Of a stretch of 64,000 nucleotides of DNA, positions 53,795 through 63,080 are shown piece after piece (the stretch's first letter is position 1; every line of letters starts with the position of its first letter). This stretch comes from an uncultured delta proteobacterium (GTDB taxonomy: Bacteria; Desulfobacterota; WTBG01), in assembly GCA_963793865.1 (NCBI GenBank), contig CAWCBP010000004.1:32001-96000 (forward strand). Reading direction: 5' to 3'. The translations under genes were made by a program, and so were the position numbers. Below the pieces are notes generated by a model. That model worked only from the letters and a program-made list of their open reading frames with translations, did not search any database and was not told the origin of the DNA.

Positions 53795-54816
53795 TATATA
53801 ATGAGCCCTTGCCCGGCGCGTTCGAGGCCGCGGGCGAAAGCACCGCGGTTGCCAGCGTGCTTGACGCGGTGAGCGCCGTGGCCGAGGCCCTTCGCTCAAG
53901 GGGATACTCCTATTATCTGCTTCCCATCAAACCGGGCGGGTGCAGCGACATGCTCCGGCGCCTGGCCCGGCTGAACCCCGGGATAATTTTCAACCTCTTT
54001 GAGGGCTTTGACCGGGACCCCGACAGCGAGGGAAGGGTTGCCCGCCTGCTCGAGGAAACCGGCATTGCCGTCACTGGCGCACCGTCGGGCGCCCTCACCG
54101 ACTGCATCAACAAGGTGAAGACCAAGTCACGCCTGCGCAGCCTCGGCCTGCCGACTGCCGACTGGCAGCTTTACCAACCCTGTGCCGCCATGCAGCTGCC
54201 GGCACCTGCGCTTCCCTTCCCCTGTGTTGTCAAGCCGCTGGAGACGGACGCAAGCCACGGGTTAACCGAGCGGAGCCTGGTCGGCAACCTTCATGAAATG
54301 CGTGAACAGGTTGAGCTGGTGCACGCCCGCTACGGGCAGGCGGCGCTGGTGGAGGAATTCCTCCCCGGCCGCGAGTTTAACATCCTGGTCATGGGTCCGC
54401 CCCTGCGCCTCTTCTCCGTCGCCGAGATCTGCTACAGCCTGCCCGCAGGCAAACCGCAGCTGCTCACCTACGCATCCAAGTGGGAAGAGGATGATGAATA
54501 CTATGCCGCAACCCGGGTGCAGTGCCCCGCTCAGCTGTCTGATGCCGATGCCCGTGCGATTGAAAACCTGGCCGCCCGCACCTTTGTCGAGCTGGTCGGG
54601 AGGGGTTACGCGCGGATCGACATGCGCGCAGACAGCTCGGGTGAGATTAACATACTGGAAATAAACCCCAATCCTGACATTGGCCCGGCAAGCGGCGCCA
54701 AGAGGGAAGCAGAGGCGTCCGGCATGAGCTATGACGACTTCCTCTGTAATATCATGGCACAGGCCCGGTCCGGACGGGATTCCGCCGCCCCCGGCGCCTG
54801 TGCATACCTGTCCTGA
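53773..54816 (+). CDS. D-Ala-D-Ala-ligase-like ATP-grasp enzyme 2
   Basis: FNLFEG, VKP..DASHGL, LVEEFLPGREF, Y.SKW, YARIDMR, LEINPNP. Confidence 0.85.
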   Translation: MRTDVCIVYNEPLPGAFEAAGESTAVASVLDAVSAVAEALRSRGYSYYLLPIKPGGCSDMLRRLARLNPGIIFNLFEGFDRDPDSEGRVARLLEETGIAVTGAPSGALTDCINKVKTKSRLRSLGLPTADWQLYQPCAAMQLPAPALPFPCVVKPLETDASHGLTERSLVGNLHEMREQVELVHARYGQAALVEEFLPGREFNILVMGPPLRLFSVAEICYSLPAGKPQLLTYASKWEEDDEYYAATRVQCPAQLSDADARAIENLAARTFVELVGRGYARIDMRADSSGEINILEINPNPDIGPASGAKREAEASGMSYDDFLCNIMAQARSGRDSAAPGACAYLS

Positions 54817-54825
54817 TGACATCCC

Positions 54826-55368
54826 ATGCAGAAAACAACCGACCCGCCGGCACCTTCGCCGCTTCAACCCCCTCAGTCCGTACCGCCCGCATATCTCCGT
54901 GAAATGAGGGCCGACGACAAGGAGCCGCTGCTCGCCATCCTGCGCGCGACGCGGGAGTTCAAGGCCTCGGAGGTGCCGGTTGCCGAAGAGCTGCTCACCG
55001 CGTTTCTTGAGGGGCCGCTGACTTCGGGATATTATGTCTGGGTGGCGGTGGAGGAAGGCTCATCGGTCAGGAGGGGATATGTATGCTTCGGGCCGACTCC
55101 CCTCACCGAGGGGACCTGGGACATTTACTGGATCGTGGTGGACAACGCCTTCCGCGGCACCGGCATCGGCAGGGCGCTCCTGCGCCATGCCGAGCAGGAG
55201 ATTCGAAACGCGGGAGGAAGGATGATCCTGATTGAAACCTCGTCAAAGGAAGAGTACCGCGGTACGCACCGGTTTTACGAGGAAATGGGATACCGTCAGG
55301 TCGGGTTCATCGCCGATTTCTACACGCCGGGCGACGGAAAGATAACCCTGCAGAAACTGCTGCGGTAG
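54826..55368 (+). CDS. GNAT N-acetyltransferase
   Basis: WDIYWIVV...RGTGIGRALL, ETSS, FYE.MGY, DFY..GD.K. Confidence 0.88.
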   Translation: MQKTTDPPAPSPLQPPQSVPPAYLREMRADDKEPLLAILRATREFKASEVPVAEELLTAFLEGPLTSGYYVWVAVEEGSSVRRGYVCFGPTPLTEGTWDIYWIVVDNAFRGTGIGRALLRHAEQEIRNAGGRMILIETSSKEEYRGTHRFYEEMGYRQVGFIADFYTPGDGKITLQKLLR

Positions 55369-55484
55369 AACAGTGCATCATTCATTACCACATGCCGATG
55401 GTTCTTCTCATCCTCTCACGTGTCATTCTGAACCCTTTACGGATATTTTCTCCTAACCCTCCTCGGTTTTATTACCGATACAAT

Positions 55485-55655
55485 TATAGTAAACAAGTTT
55501 AAAAAATTGACTTTTGAATGTCATTGCGAGCATCAGCGAAGCAATCTCATCAGATTGCCGCGTCGCTTGCGCTCCCTGGCCGGCAAGAGTTTCTAAACCG
55601 CATCAGTTATGCGGGCAGGCCTCGCAATGACTACTTTATTTTGTCGTTTACTATA
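55485..55655. mobile_element. Nested inverted-repeat miniature element (MITE-like)
   Basis: Outer IR TATAGTAAAC/GTTTACTATA; inner IR GTCATTGCGAG (55520)/CTCGCAATGAC (55631) with CGAAGCAATC..GATTGC. Confidence 0.65.
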
Positions 55656-55687
55656 CTTATGAAGAACAAGACAAGGAGGACAAGAAA

Positions 55688-57461
55688 ATGACTGGTAAGA
55701 GGACTTATTTCATGAAGACCGCGCTTGTTATAATAATTATGGTAAGCCTGACGGCAGCACTCTCATGTAAAAGAAAAATCTCCTGCAACCCGGATGAAGG
55801 GTCGGTGTGTCCCTCGGGAACTGTCTGCAAAGCCGTGGCAGCCAATAAGGGCCAGTGTCTTTACACCTGCGAACCCGGTGATGACAACCCCTGCGTCCTG
55901 AAAAACGAGGTGTGCCTGCGCTATGCCGACGACACCTATGCCTGCACGCCCCGATGCACTCCCGGCGTCATAAATACCTGTCCGGCCGATTGGGTATGCG
56001 TTCCGGTGATGGGTGATGAGCACGTGTGCCGGCCGGAGTGCGACCTGAGCACCAATCTCTGCGAAGACAACGAGGTCTGCCAGCCGCTGCCCGACGACAC
56101 GGCCGCCTGCATGGCCCAGTGCGACCCGCAGGGGTCTGATTGCGGTGAGAACCAGGTATGCGAGCTGAGAACCGACGGTCTGTATGCCTGTTACGAGCCC
56201 GTGTACATAAGAGGGACCATTTTTGATTCCGCCTCGGAAAGCCCGGTAGAAGGCGCTCATGTCATCGCCATAGACAAAACCGGGGCGGCCGCGACCGATG
56301 TCGCGGTAACCGACGGCGAGGGAGCGTATGAACTCCAGGTCCCGGTGGTGAGAAATCCCGACGGCACCCTCGACGAAGGGACATTCACCCTGCGCGCTTC
56401 AGCGGCTGATTACCTCCCCTTCCCTCATGGCATCAGGCCGGCCATACCCGTTGATGCAGCGACGGCATCACAGGATGAAGGTGAATGGGTTCTGGAAAAT
56501 GCCGCAACCGAAATCGCCCTGATAGCCCTTCCCCCGGAAAAGAGGGGACAGGGTAGCATCGCGGGAAACATCGTAACCGATGAAGACGATGTCAGCGCGG
56601 GAGGAGTGATGGTTGTGCTTGAAGGCGCAACGCAGGATCAAACAATTGGCTTCAGCGACAAAAGCGGTGCCTATACCCTCTTCAACGTACCCGAAGGCAG
56701 CTGGGAGATTCACGGGTACAAGGCATTTTTGCAGCTTACTCCGGTGGCGGTGACGCTGGCCGCGGGAGAGGACAGGACCGGGGCGGATCTCATTTCCAAT
56801 GACAAACCCTACGGGACGGTCAGTGGGTCAATTAATATAGTCAACGCGCCGGGTGGTTCAGTCACCAGCGTGGTGCTGGTTCCGGAGTCAACCTTCAACG
56901 ATACCTTCGTGAAAGGAGAGGTGCCTCCCGGCTTGCGCGCGCCGGCGCCTCCGGAGGAACCATCAATAACAGGAGCATTTACCATCGAAGGGGTTCCCGA
57001 CGGTCGATACGTGGTGCTTGCCGCCTTCGAGAATGACATTCTGGTGCGCGATCCGGATTCTCAAATTGCGGGCACAGAAATTCTCCACCTGCAGGTGCCC
57101 GACAGGCACCAACTACAGCATCGACATAGCAGACTCTTTCAAAGTCACTGAGGCCCTGGTAATTGTTTCGCCGGGCGCCGGCGAGCCGGAACTCATAACC
57201 GGTACCCCCGATTTTGTATGGAGGGATGATTCAAGTGAAACCAGGTACGAACTGGTAGTGTATAATGCTTTTGGCGATGAGGTGTGGAGGAATGACAATG
57301 TGCCCAAGGTCACAGGATCGGAAACTGTAACGGTTACCTATGCGGGAAGCCCTTTGCAGCCGGGCATGTATTACCAGTTCAGAGTAAAAAGCTGGCGGGA
57401 CACCGGTCCCATCTCCCAGACCGAAGATCTGCTGGGTGTTTTCTACACCGCGGCAGAGTAG
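55688..57461 (+). CDS. Cys-rich surface lipoprotein with carboxypeptidase-regulatory-like/FN3-like domains (frameshift at about 57104)
   Basis: Lipobox ALSC, five C..C..C..C repeats, then GTI.D..S..PVEGA beta-sandwich repeats. Removing one A joins 55688-57151 to 57018-57461. Confidence 0.75.
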
Positions 57462-57486
57462 GCGAGCCGGAAAAGGTGAAAAATAC

Positions 57487-57588
57487 GTAGGGGCGACCGG
57501 CCGGTCGCCCCTACATGTTCAGATACGGAGGGACGCTCTCCGTCCCATCCGATTATTGTACGCGGCCATGACGGAACATGGCCCTCCA
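57487..57588. repeat. REP family B palindrome followed by a family C doublet
   Basis: GTAGGGGCGACCGGCCGGTCGCCCCTAC; GGAGGGACGCTCTCCGTC...GCGGCCATGACGGAACATGGCCCTCC. Confidence 0.85.
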
Positions 57589-57612
57589 CGTGACATATTC
57601 GCGCCATCTGCG

Positions 57613-58035
57613 CTATCCCAGCAGCACCACGCCGCCGACAATCAGTATCACCCCGATGCACTTTTGCAGGGTTATCTGCTCTCCCAGCAGGAGCAGCGAA
57701 AACAGGAAGGCAAAGAGCGGGTAGGAACCCACGATGGGCACGACCCGGGAGGCCTCACAATATTTCATGGCGTTGAAATACGACCACATGCCCAGCAGCC
57801 CGGCCACAATGCCGCTCATGACAAGAAAGCCGACCGTTCGGGCATCCGCCCGGATAATCTCCGTATGCACATTGGTGAAGAGCATGATCAGGATCAGGAT
57901 GATGGTGGCAGAAACTGTTCTGATGGTGAGCCCCGCCAGGGGGCTGATGTTGATCAGCCCCAGTTTTTCAAACACGGGTGCGATCCCCCACAGGATTGCC
58001 GCCAGAAGGGCGTAGATCAAACCTGACCTGTTCAT
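57613..58035 (-). CDS. EamA/DMT-family single-domain transporter
   Basis: AILWG..P.FEK.GL, YF.A.K...ASRVVPI...YP, LLGE. Confidence 0.85.
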   Translation of the reverse strand: MNRSGLIYALLAAILWGIAPVFEKLGLINISPLAGLTIRTVSATIILILIMLFTNVHTEIIRADARTVGFLVMSGIVAGLLGMWSYFNAMKYCEASRVVPIVGSYPLFAFLFSLLLLGEQITLQKCIGVILIVGGVVLLG

Positions 58036-58087
58036 TACCGCTGCTCCCAACAGAGAAGGCAGCTGTTTGCCGCCTGTAAATTATTAG

Positions 58088-58238
58088 AAGGTTGTTGAAA
58101 AAGAAGTTTTCCTCAGGCTGTTCAAAAACATCGAGATGCAAGGCACGCGAAATCCTGAGGAATGAGGCGTACATACGAGTACGCTGCAATGACGAAGGAT
58201 GAGTGTAACGCAGCAGATGGGTGTTTTTCAACAGCCTG
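58088..58238. mobile_element. MITE with IS5/IS1182-like ends
   Basis: TIRs CAGGCTGTTCAAAAACA (58114)/TGTTTTTCAACAGCCTG (58238); extra left end AAGGTTGTTGAAAAA at 58088; TTAG on both sides. Confidence 0.7.
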
Positions 58239-58688
58239 TTAGTGCGCCTTCTCCAGCTCTTCCCTTACAATCCTGCTCATATCACCGCCTGACGCCTTGC
58301 CCGATAACTTCTTTGACAGGATCCCCATGACCTTTCCCAGGCCTTTAAGGTCGGCAGCGCCGGTTTCGGCAATAACCGCCCGCGCCTCCGTCCGGATTTC
58401 ATCGTCGGTGAGCTGTGCGGGCATATAGGCCCTGATGATGACTGTTTCTTCCCGCTCCTTCTGCGCGGCATCTTTTCTATTCACCGCCTCAAATTGGGTG
58501 GCGGCATCCTCGCGCTTCTTGATCATGCTGAAAAAAACCTTCACCGCCGCGTCCTCGGTAATGGGATCTCCCTTTTCCTTCTCTTTATAAACCAGCTCGG
58601 CGAGCATCATCCTCAGGGTGGAAACCTTCAGTTCCTGCTTCTCCTTCATTGCCGCCGTCAGGTCCTTCCTGATTTTTTCCTTTATCAT
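58239..58688 (-). CDS. GatB/YqeY domain protein
   Basis: DL..AMK.K...TLRM, K.R..A..F...R, Y.P.QL, GKVMG. Confidence 0.92.
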   Translation of the reverse strand: MIKEKIRKDLTAAMKEKQELKVSTLRMMLAELVYKEKEKGDPITEDAAVKVFFSMIKKREDAATQFEAVNRKDAAQKEREETVIIRAYMPAQLTDDEIRTEARAVIAETGAADLKGLGKVMGILSKKLSGKASGGDMSRIVREELEKAH

Positions 58689-58731
58689 GGCACTCCTTTT
58701 TTAACCCCTCAGCAGTCGTTGGCGCGAGCGC

Positions 58732-59187
58732 TCATTCCACTTTCGGCGCATCAGCAGAAGCCGTCTCGGGTGCAGGGGGTGGAGGGGGTACAGGTGCGGG
58801 GGCAGCGGCCGCGGGGGCTGCCTCCTTCCCGACTTTTTTGGCTGCGGCGATTACCTCTGCCTTCTCTTTTCCGACTTTTCTGCTTTGCCGCTTCAGCACC
58901 TTGATCTTCTTTCGCAGCCGGTTCGTCTCTTTTCTGCTTTTGGACTTCCGCCCCTCCGCCTTTTCCTTCCTCAGCGTCTTGATCTTTTTCTTGAGGCCGG
59001 CCGCATCGACGTCCTTCTTCTTTCTGGGTTTCTTTTTCCTGATCTCGATAGGTTCTCCCCGGGCATCGGCGATGGCCTTGATGAGATCTTCCTTCTTCAT
59101 GGCGCTGACACCTTCAATGCTGGTGTACTTTTTTGCCTCTTCCCTCAATTTGGTCACCGTCATCCTGGTCAAATCTTTCTCTTCCAT
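58732..59187 (-). CDS. Rho-N-terminal-domain basic protein
   Basis: MTVTKLRE.AK...I.GVSAMKKEDLI.AI; Lys-rich helix; Ala/Pro tail. Confidence 0.75.
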   Translation of the reverse strand: MEEKDLTRMTVTKLREEAKKYTSIEGVSAMKKEDLIKAIADARGEPIEIRKKKPRKKKDVDAAGLKKKIKTLRKEKAEGRKSKSRKETNRLRKKIKVLKRQSRKVGKEKAEVIAAAKKVGKEAAPAAAAPAPVPPPPPAPETASADAPKVE

Positions 59188-59259
59188 TCAGCCCTCCTGT
59201 GAGTGTAGTGAAATCAATTGTCTCAATCCTGGTTGAAACCATTTAAAATGACTCTTCAT

Positions 59260-59458
59260 AAATCCGAAGCACGAAATCCTAAATCCGAAACAAATTCAAA
59301 TGATCAAAATTCAAAAAAGGCAGTCTGTGGTCCACAGCCCACAGTCGATAGCAGAGACAAAAAGAAACCCTGCTGTTGTTCTTCGTGTTCTTCGTAATTC
59401 TTTCTTCGTGGGCTTCGTGGTTGCGGTTTGGAACATTTGGTGTTTGGATTTGGGATTT
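59260..59458. repeat. Degenerate 7- and 9-mer tandem repeat tract
   Basis: AAATCCG/AAATCCT/AAATTCA units, CCACAG(T/C) units, TTCTTCGTG units, TTTGG(A/T) units. Confidence 0.6.
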
Positions 59459-59472
59459 CCCTGTAAGGGTTA

Positions 59473-61959
59473 TTATAGCAAAGAAACCGGATCCACATCC
59501 ACAGAAAACGCCACTCCGCTTCCCTTTATCATCTCCGGCGCCCGGCTTATCAGCCGCGAGGCGAAGCCGCGAAGCAGGGTCAGGGAAGATCCCTTCACCG
59601 CCATCTGGAAGCGGTATTTTCCCTTTATCTTTTCCCACGGGGCGGCAGCGGGCCCCAGCAGCTCGATGCCGTCACGGAACCTGCCTTCCTTGCGCAGCAG
59701 CGAGTGGGCCAGCGCTCCCAGGCGATCGGAAAAGTCGGCCGTTTTCTTCCTGCTTGCCCCTTCCATCCTGAAGTTGATGAGCCTGCTGAAGGGCGGATAA
59801 TTGAGTTCTTTTCTGAATTTTACTTCCTCCTCGTAAAACAGGGAATAGGCCTGCTTCCTGGACGCCTCAATGCTGTAGTGCCGGGGATTAAAAGTCTGGA
59901 TAATCACCTCTCCGGCGATATCGCCCCTTCCCGCCCGCCCTGCAACCTGGGTGAGCAGCTGAAAGGTTCTTTCGCCCGCGCGGAAGTCGGGAAAGTTCAG
60001 GGACGAATCGGCGGACACGACGCCCACCAGGGTGATGCCGGGCAGGTCATGCCCCTTGGCAATCATCTGGGTTCCTATAAGAATGCCGGCGGCGCTGGCG
60101 CTGAAGCGATTGAGCACGCTCCTATGTCCCCATTTGCCCCGCGTGGTATCGCGGTCCATGCGCTCCACCCGCGACTGGGGCAATAAAGCCTTTACCTCGT
60201 CCTCGAGCCGCTCCGTGCCCCGCCCCATGAGATTAAGACGAATGCCGCCGCAGCCGGGACAGGTATCCGGCGCGGCAATGGCATAACCGCAATAGTGACA
60301 CTGCAGCTTTTTAATCCGCTGGTGGTGAATAAGGGATACGCTGCAATTGGGGCAGCCGAAGACATGGCCGCATTCCCTGCAGATGATGCAGGGGGCAAAG
60401 CCCCGGCGGTTGAGGAAGAGCAGGCTTTGCTGGTTCTGCCGGACCCGGTCCGCCAGGGTTTCTTTCAGCCTGCGGGAAAGCTCCCGGGCGGTTTCAGGGT
60501 GCTGCAGCCTCTCCTGCTTCATATCAACGATTTCGATGCTGGGCAGCGGCCTGCCTTCCACGCGCCTGGTCAGTTCCAACAGGGTAAGCTTTCCGGTCCG
60601 CGCGTTGAAATAGGACTCCACCGATGGTGTGGCCGAACCCAGGATGACCACGGCATGGTCCATCCGCCCCCTCACCAGGGCCAGGTCGCGCGCGTTGTAC
60701 CTGAGTTTCTCCTCCTGCTTATAGGAGGTGTCGTGCTCCTCATCGACAACAATAATGCCGGGACGGGTAAAGGGCGCGAAGATGGCGGAACGGGTGCCGA
60801 TGGCGACTTTCACCAGGCCCTTTTTAATCCGCCTCCATCCGTCATACCGCTCACCGGGGGACAGCCTGCTGTGCAGCACGGTAATGGCATCACCAAAGCG
60901 GGACTGGAATCGGCCCACCAGCTGGGGGGTTAGGGAAATTTCCGGGACCAGAACCAGCGCCTCCCTGCCCTGCTTCAGCACATCTTCGACGGAGGCCAGG
61001 TAAACCTCTGTTTTCCCGCTTCCCGTAACACCATGGAGCAGAAACGGTGCGTACGCCCCTGAGGCAATCGCCTCCCTGATGCGGGTAAGAACCTTTTGCT
61101 GCTCAGGTGTCGGGGCCCGCCTTTCTTCGCACACCACCGTCTCCCCGCTTAAAGGATCGCGGTAGACCTCCCGCATCTCAAAGCCGACACAGCCCTTTTT
61201 TGCAAGGCCGCTGAGAAGGGGTGCGCATGGCCCGAATTTTTTATTTATCAATGCCAGGGGAATGATACCCGCCGGTTCAAGGAAGCGCAGCAGAGAAACC
61301 TGCCGGGGGGCTTTTTTCCCCCATACCTCCAGGAGCTCGGGGGCTTTGAGAACCTGACACCCCTTTTCTTCAAGCCGTATCCACTTCTCTTTTTTTATCG
61401 CGACCGGTTTGCGTCCCTCCTGCATTTCCCGTCGGACCAGCCCCTCACGATCAAGCTGCGCCAGCACGCTCTGCAGCGCGTCACCCCCCGCAATCTTTTG
61501 CAGGGCCTTCAAGGAAATTCCTTGTTTCTCCCTCAGAGCTTTGAGCACGTTCCCGGCAGGACTGTCATCCCCGGCAGGCGGGCCGTTCTTCCCTTTTTCT
61601 GTCAGGGAGATCACCTGCCTGCTGGTGACATCGATGCTGGCGGGAAGGGCGGTTTTAATCACTCCCCCGAGGGGGGAAAAATAGTAGTCGCTGATCCACC
61701 GGTAAAAGGCGAGATGATGGGAGGTAAACAGCGGCTGGTCGTCCAGGACCTCAATAACGTCCTTGATCTCAAGCCCTTCAGGCTTGGCGTCACTGCCGAC
61801 CACATACCCCGTCACCTTTCGCTTGCCCAAAGGTACGAGGACCCGTTTTCCCACTTCTATGCCGGACCTGAGACCCTCCGGAACGCGGTAGGAGAGCAGC
61901 TTGGCGAGGGGTATGCCCAATGCCACTTCTATAAAAAAGTCTTCCCGTTCACTATTCAT
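59473..61959 (-). CDS. priA: Primosomal protein N'
   Basis: GVTGSGKTEVY, VPEISLTPQ, DEEHD.SYKQ, four CxxC, GTQMIAKG.D, QVAGRAGR. Confidence 0.96.
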   Translation of the reverse strand: MNSEREDFFIEVALGIPLAKLLSYRVPEGLRSGIEVGKRVLVPLGKRKVTGYVVGSDAKPEGLEIKDVIEVLDDQPLFTSHHLAFYRWISDYYFSPLGGVIKTALPASIDVTSRQVISLTEKGKNGPPAGDDSPAGNVLKALREKQGISLKALQKIAGGDALQSVLAQLDREGLVRREMQEGRKPVAIKKEKWIRLEEKGCQVLKAPELLEVWGKKAPRQVSLLRFLEPAGIIPLALINKKFGPCAPLLSGLAKKGCVGFEMREVYRDPLSGETVVCEERRAPTPEQQKVLTRIREAIASGAYAPFLLHGVTGSGKTEVYLASVEDVLKQGREALVLVPEISLTPQLVGRFQSRFGDAITVLHSRLSPGERYDGWRRIKKGLVKVAIGTRSAIFAPFTRPGIIVVDEEHDTSYKQEEKLRYNARDLALVRGRMDHAVVILGSATPSVESYFNARTGKLTLLELTRRVEGRPLPSIEIVDMKQERLQHPETARELSRRLKETLADRVRQNQQSLLFLNRRGFAPCIICRECGHVFGCPNCSVSLIHHQRIKKLQCHYCGYAIAAPDTCPGCGGIRLNLMGRGTERLEDEVKALLPQSRVERMDRDTTRGKWGHRSVLNRFSASAAGILIGTQMIAKGHDLPGITLVGVVSADSSLNFPDFRAGERTFQLLTQVAGRAGRGDIAGEVIIQTFNPRHYSIEASRKQAYSLFYEEEVKFRKELNYPPFSRLINFRMEGASRKKTADFSDRLGALAHSLLRKEGRFRDGIELLGPAAAPWEKIKGKYRFQMAVKGSSLTLLRGFASRLISRAPEMIKGSGVAFSVDVDPVSLL

Positions 61960-62824
61960 CCCTGACGACTTCGCGCAACCACTGCTTGAATCGATCACGT
62001 AACTCCGGCCTTTTCAGGGCGTAACCGACAGTAGCCTGGACATACCCCAGCTTGTCGCCGACGTCATACCGGGTACCCGAGAACTGATAGCCCAGCACCC
62101 TTCCCCGCCGGCTTAACTCCGCCAGGCCTTCCGCCAGCTGAATTTCTCCGTCCGCGCTCGGTCGGAGCTGCCTCAGGACAGGAAACATCTCAGGGGGTAG
62201 AATGTAGCGGCCAATGATGGCAAGGTTTGAAGGCGCCTTTCCCCGGGGGGGCTTTTCTACAATGCGCCTGACCAGGTAGAGCTTGTCCTCAACGCGCTCA
62301 CCTTCAACGATCCCGTAGAGATGCGTGTCTTCTTCGGGAACTTCCCGCAGCGCGATCACCGCCGCCGATTGATGGCGCTCATAGACATCGAGAAGCTGAC
62401 GGGTGACCGGCACCTCCGCGTCAATCATGTCGTCGGGGTACAGAACGGCAACAGCCTCTCCTTCCGCAACAGGCGCCGCGCACAATACCGCGTCACCCGT
62501 GCCCAGCTGCTGCTTCTGCCTCACCGCGATGATGTTGACCATCCGGGAGATTTCCCTGACGGTGGCGAGCAGCTCTTTTTTGCCTTTTCTTTCGAGGATG
62601 TCCTCCAGCTCCCCTTGGATGTCGAAATGGTCCTCGATGCATCCCTTGCCCTTGCCGGTAACCAGGATTATCTCCTTAAGCCTGGACGCGACAGCCTCTT
62701 CAACAATATACTGGATTCCCGGCCTGTCCACGACGGGCAGCATCTCCTTGGGAATCGCCTTGCTCGCGGGCAACAGCCGCGTTCCCCATCCCGCGGCAGG
62801 AATAATGGCCTTTTTAACGATCAC
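61952..62824 (-). CDS. galU: UTP-glucose-1-phosphate uridylyltransferase
   Basis: IPAAGWGTRLLPASKAIPKEMLP, IEDHFD, VEKP, GRYIL, GEIQL, RYDVG.K.G. Confidence 0.93.
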   Translation of the reverse strand: MIVKKAIIPAAGWGTRLLPASKAIPKEMLPVVDRPGIQYIVEEAVASRLKEIILVTGKGKGCIEDHFDIQGELEDILERKGKKELLATVREISRMVNIIAVRQKQQLGTGDAVLCAAPVAEGEAVAVLYPDDMIDAEVPVTRQLLDVYERHQSAAVIALREVPEEDTHLYGIVEGERVEDKLYLVRRIVEKPPRGKAPSNLAIIGRYILPPEMFPVLRQLRPSADGEIQLAEGLAELSRRGRVLGYQFSGTRYDVGDKLGYVQATVGYALKRPELRDRFKQWLREVVRDE

Positions 62825-62879
62825 TATTAAGACCCCTTTTATAAATTCGAGAACAAAGAAATCATTTGCGGTTTATCAG

Positions 62880-63047
62880 GCGAAATCCGAAATACGAAAC
62901 AAATCAAAAATTCAATTTTCAAATGACCAAAACATCAGGTGTCAAAGAAACGCTATTCAATTGAATAAAAAGACGAACGTTGAACATTCAACATCCAACT
63001 TTGAATGAACAAGATTTCTTCTCGTTGGATGTTGGACGTTAACATTC
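62880..63047. repeat. Degenerate heptamer repeat tract
   Basis: CGAAATC CGAAATA CGAAACA...; AACGTTG AACATTC AACATCC and the inverted GTTGGAT GTTGGAC. Confidence 0.55.
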
Positions 63048-63080
63048 TCACTCATGACCACTTCTTTACATCCAACTAAG

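Noticed and set aside
52784..54816. Ligases as canonical ddl or van resistance genes
   Set aside because: They lack the Ddl/Van N-terminal motif, and there is no vanH/vanX/mur context.
57968..58231. 87-aa ORF; similarly 59279-59638 and 25322-25531
   Set aside because: These are translations of MITE, REP or heptamer repeat DNA.
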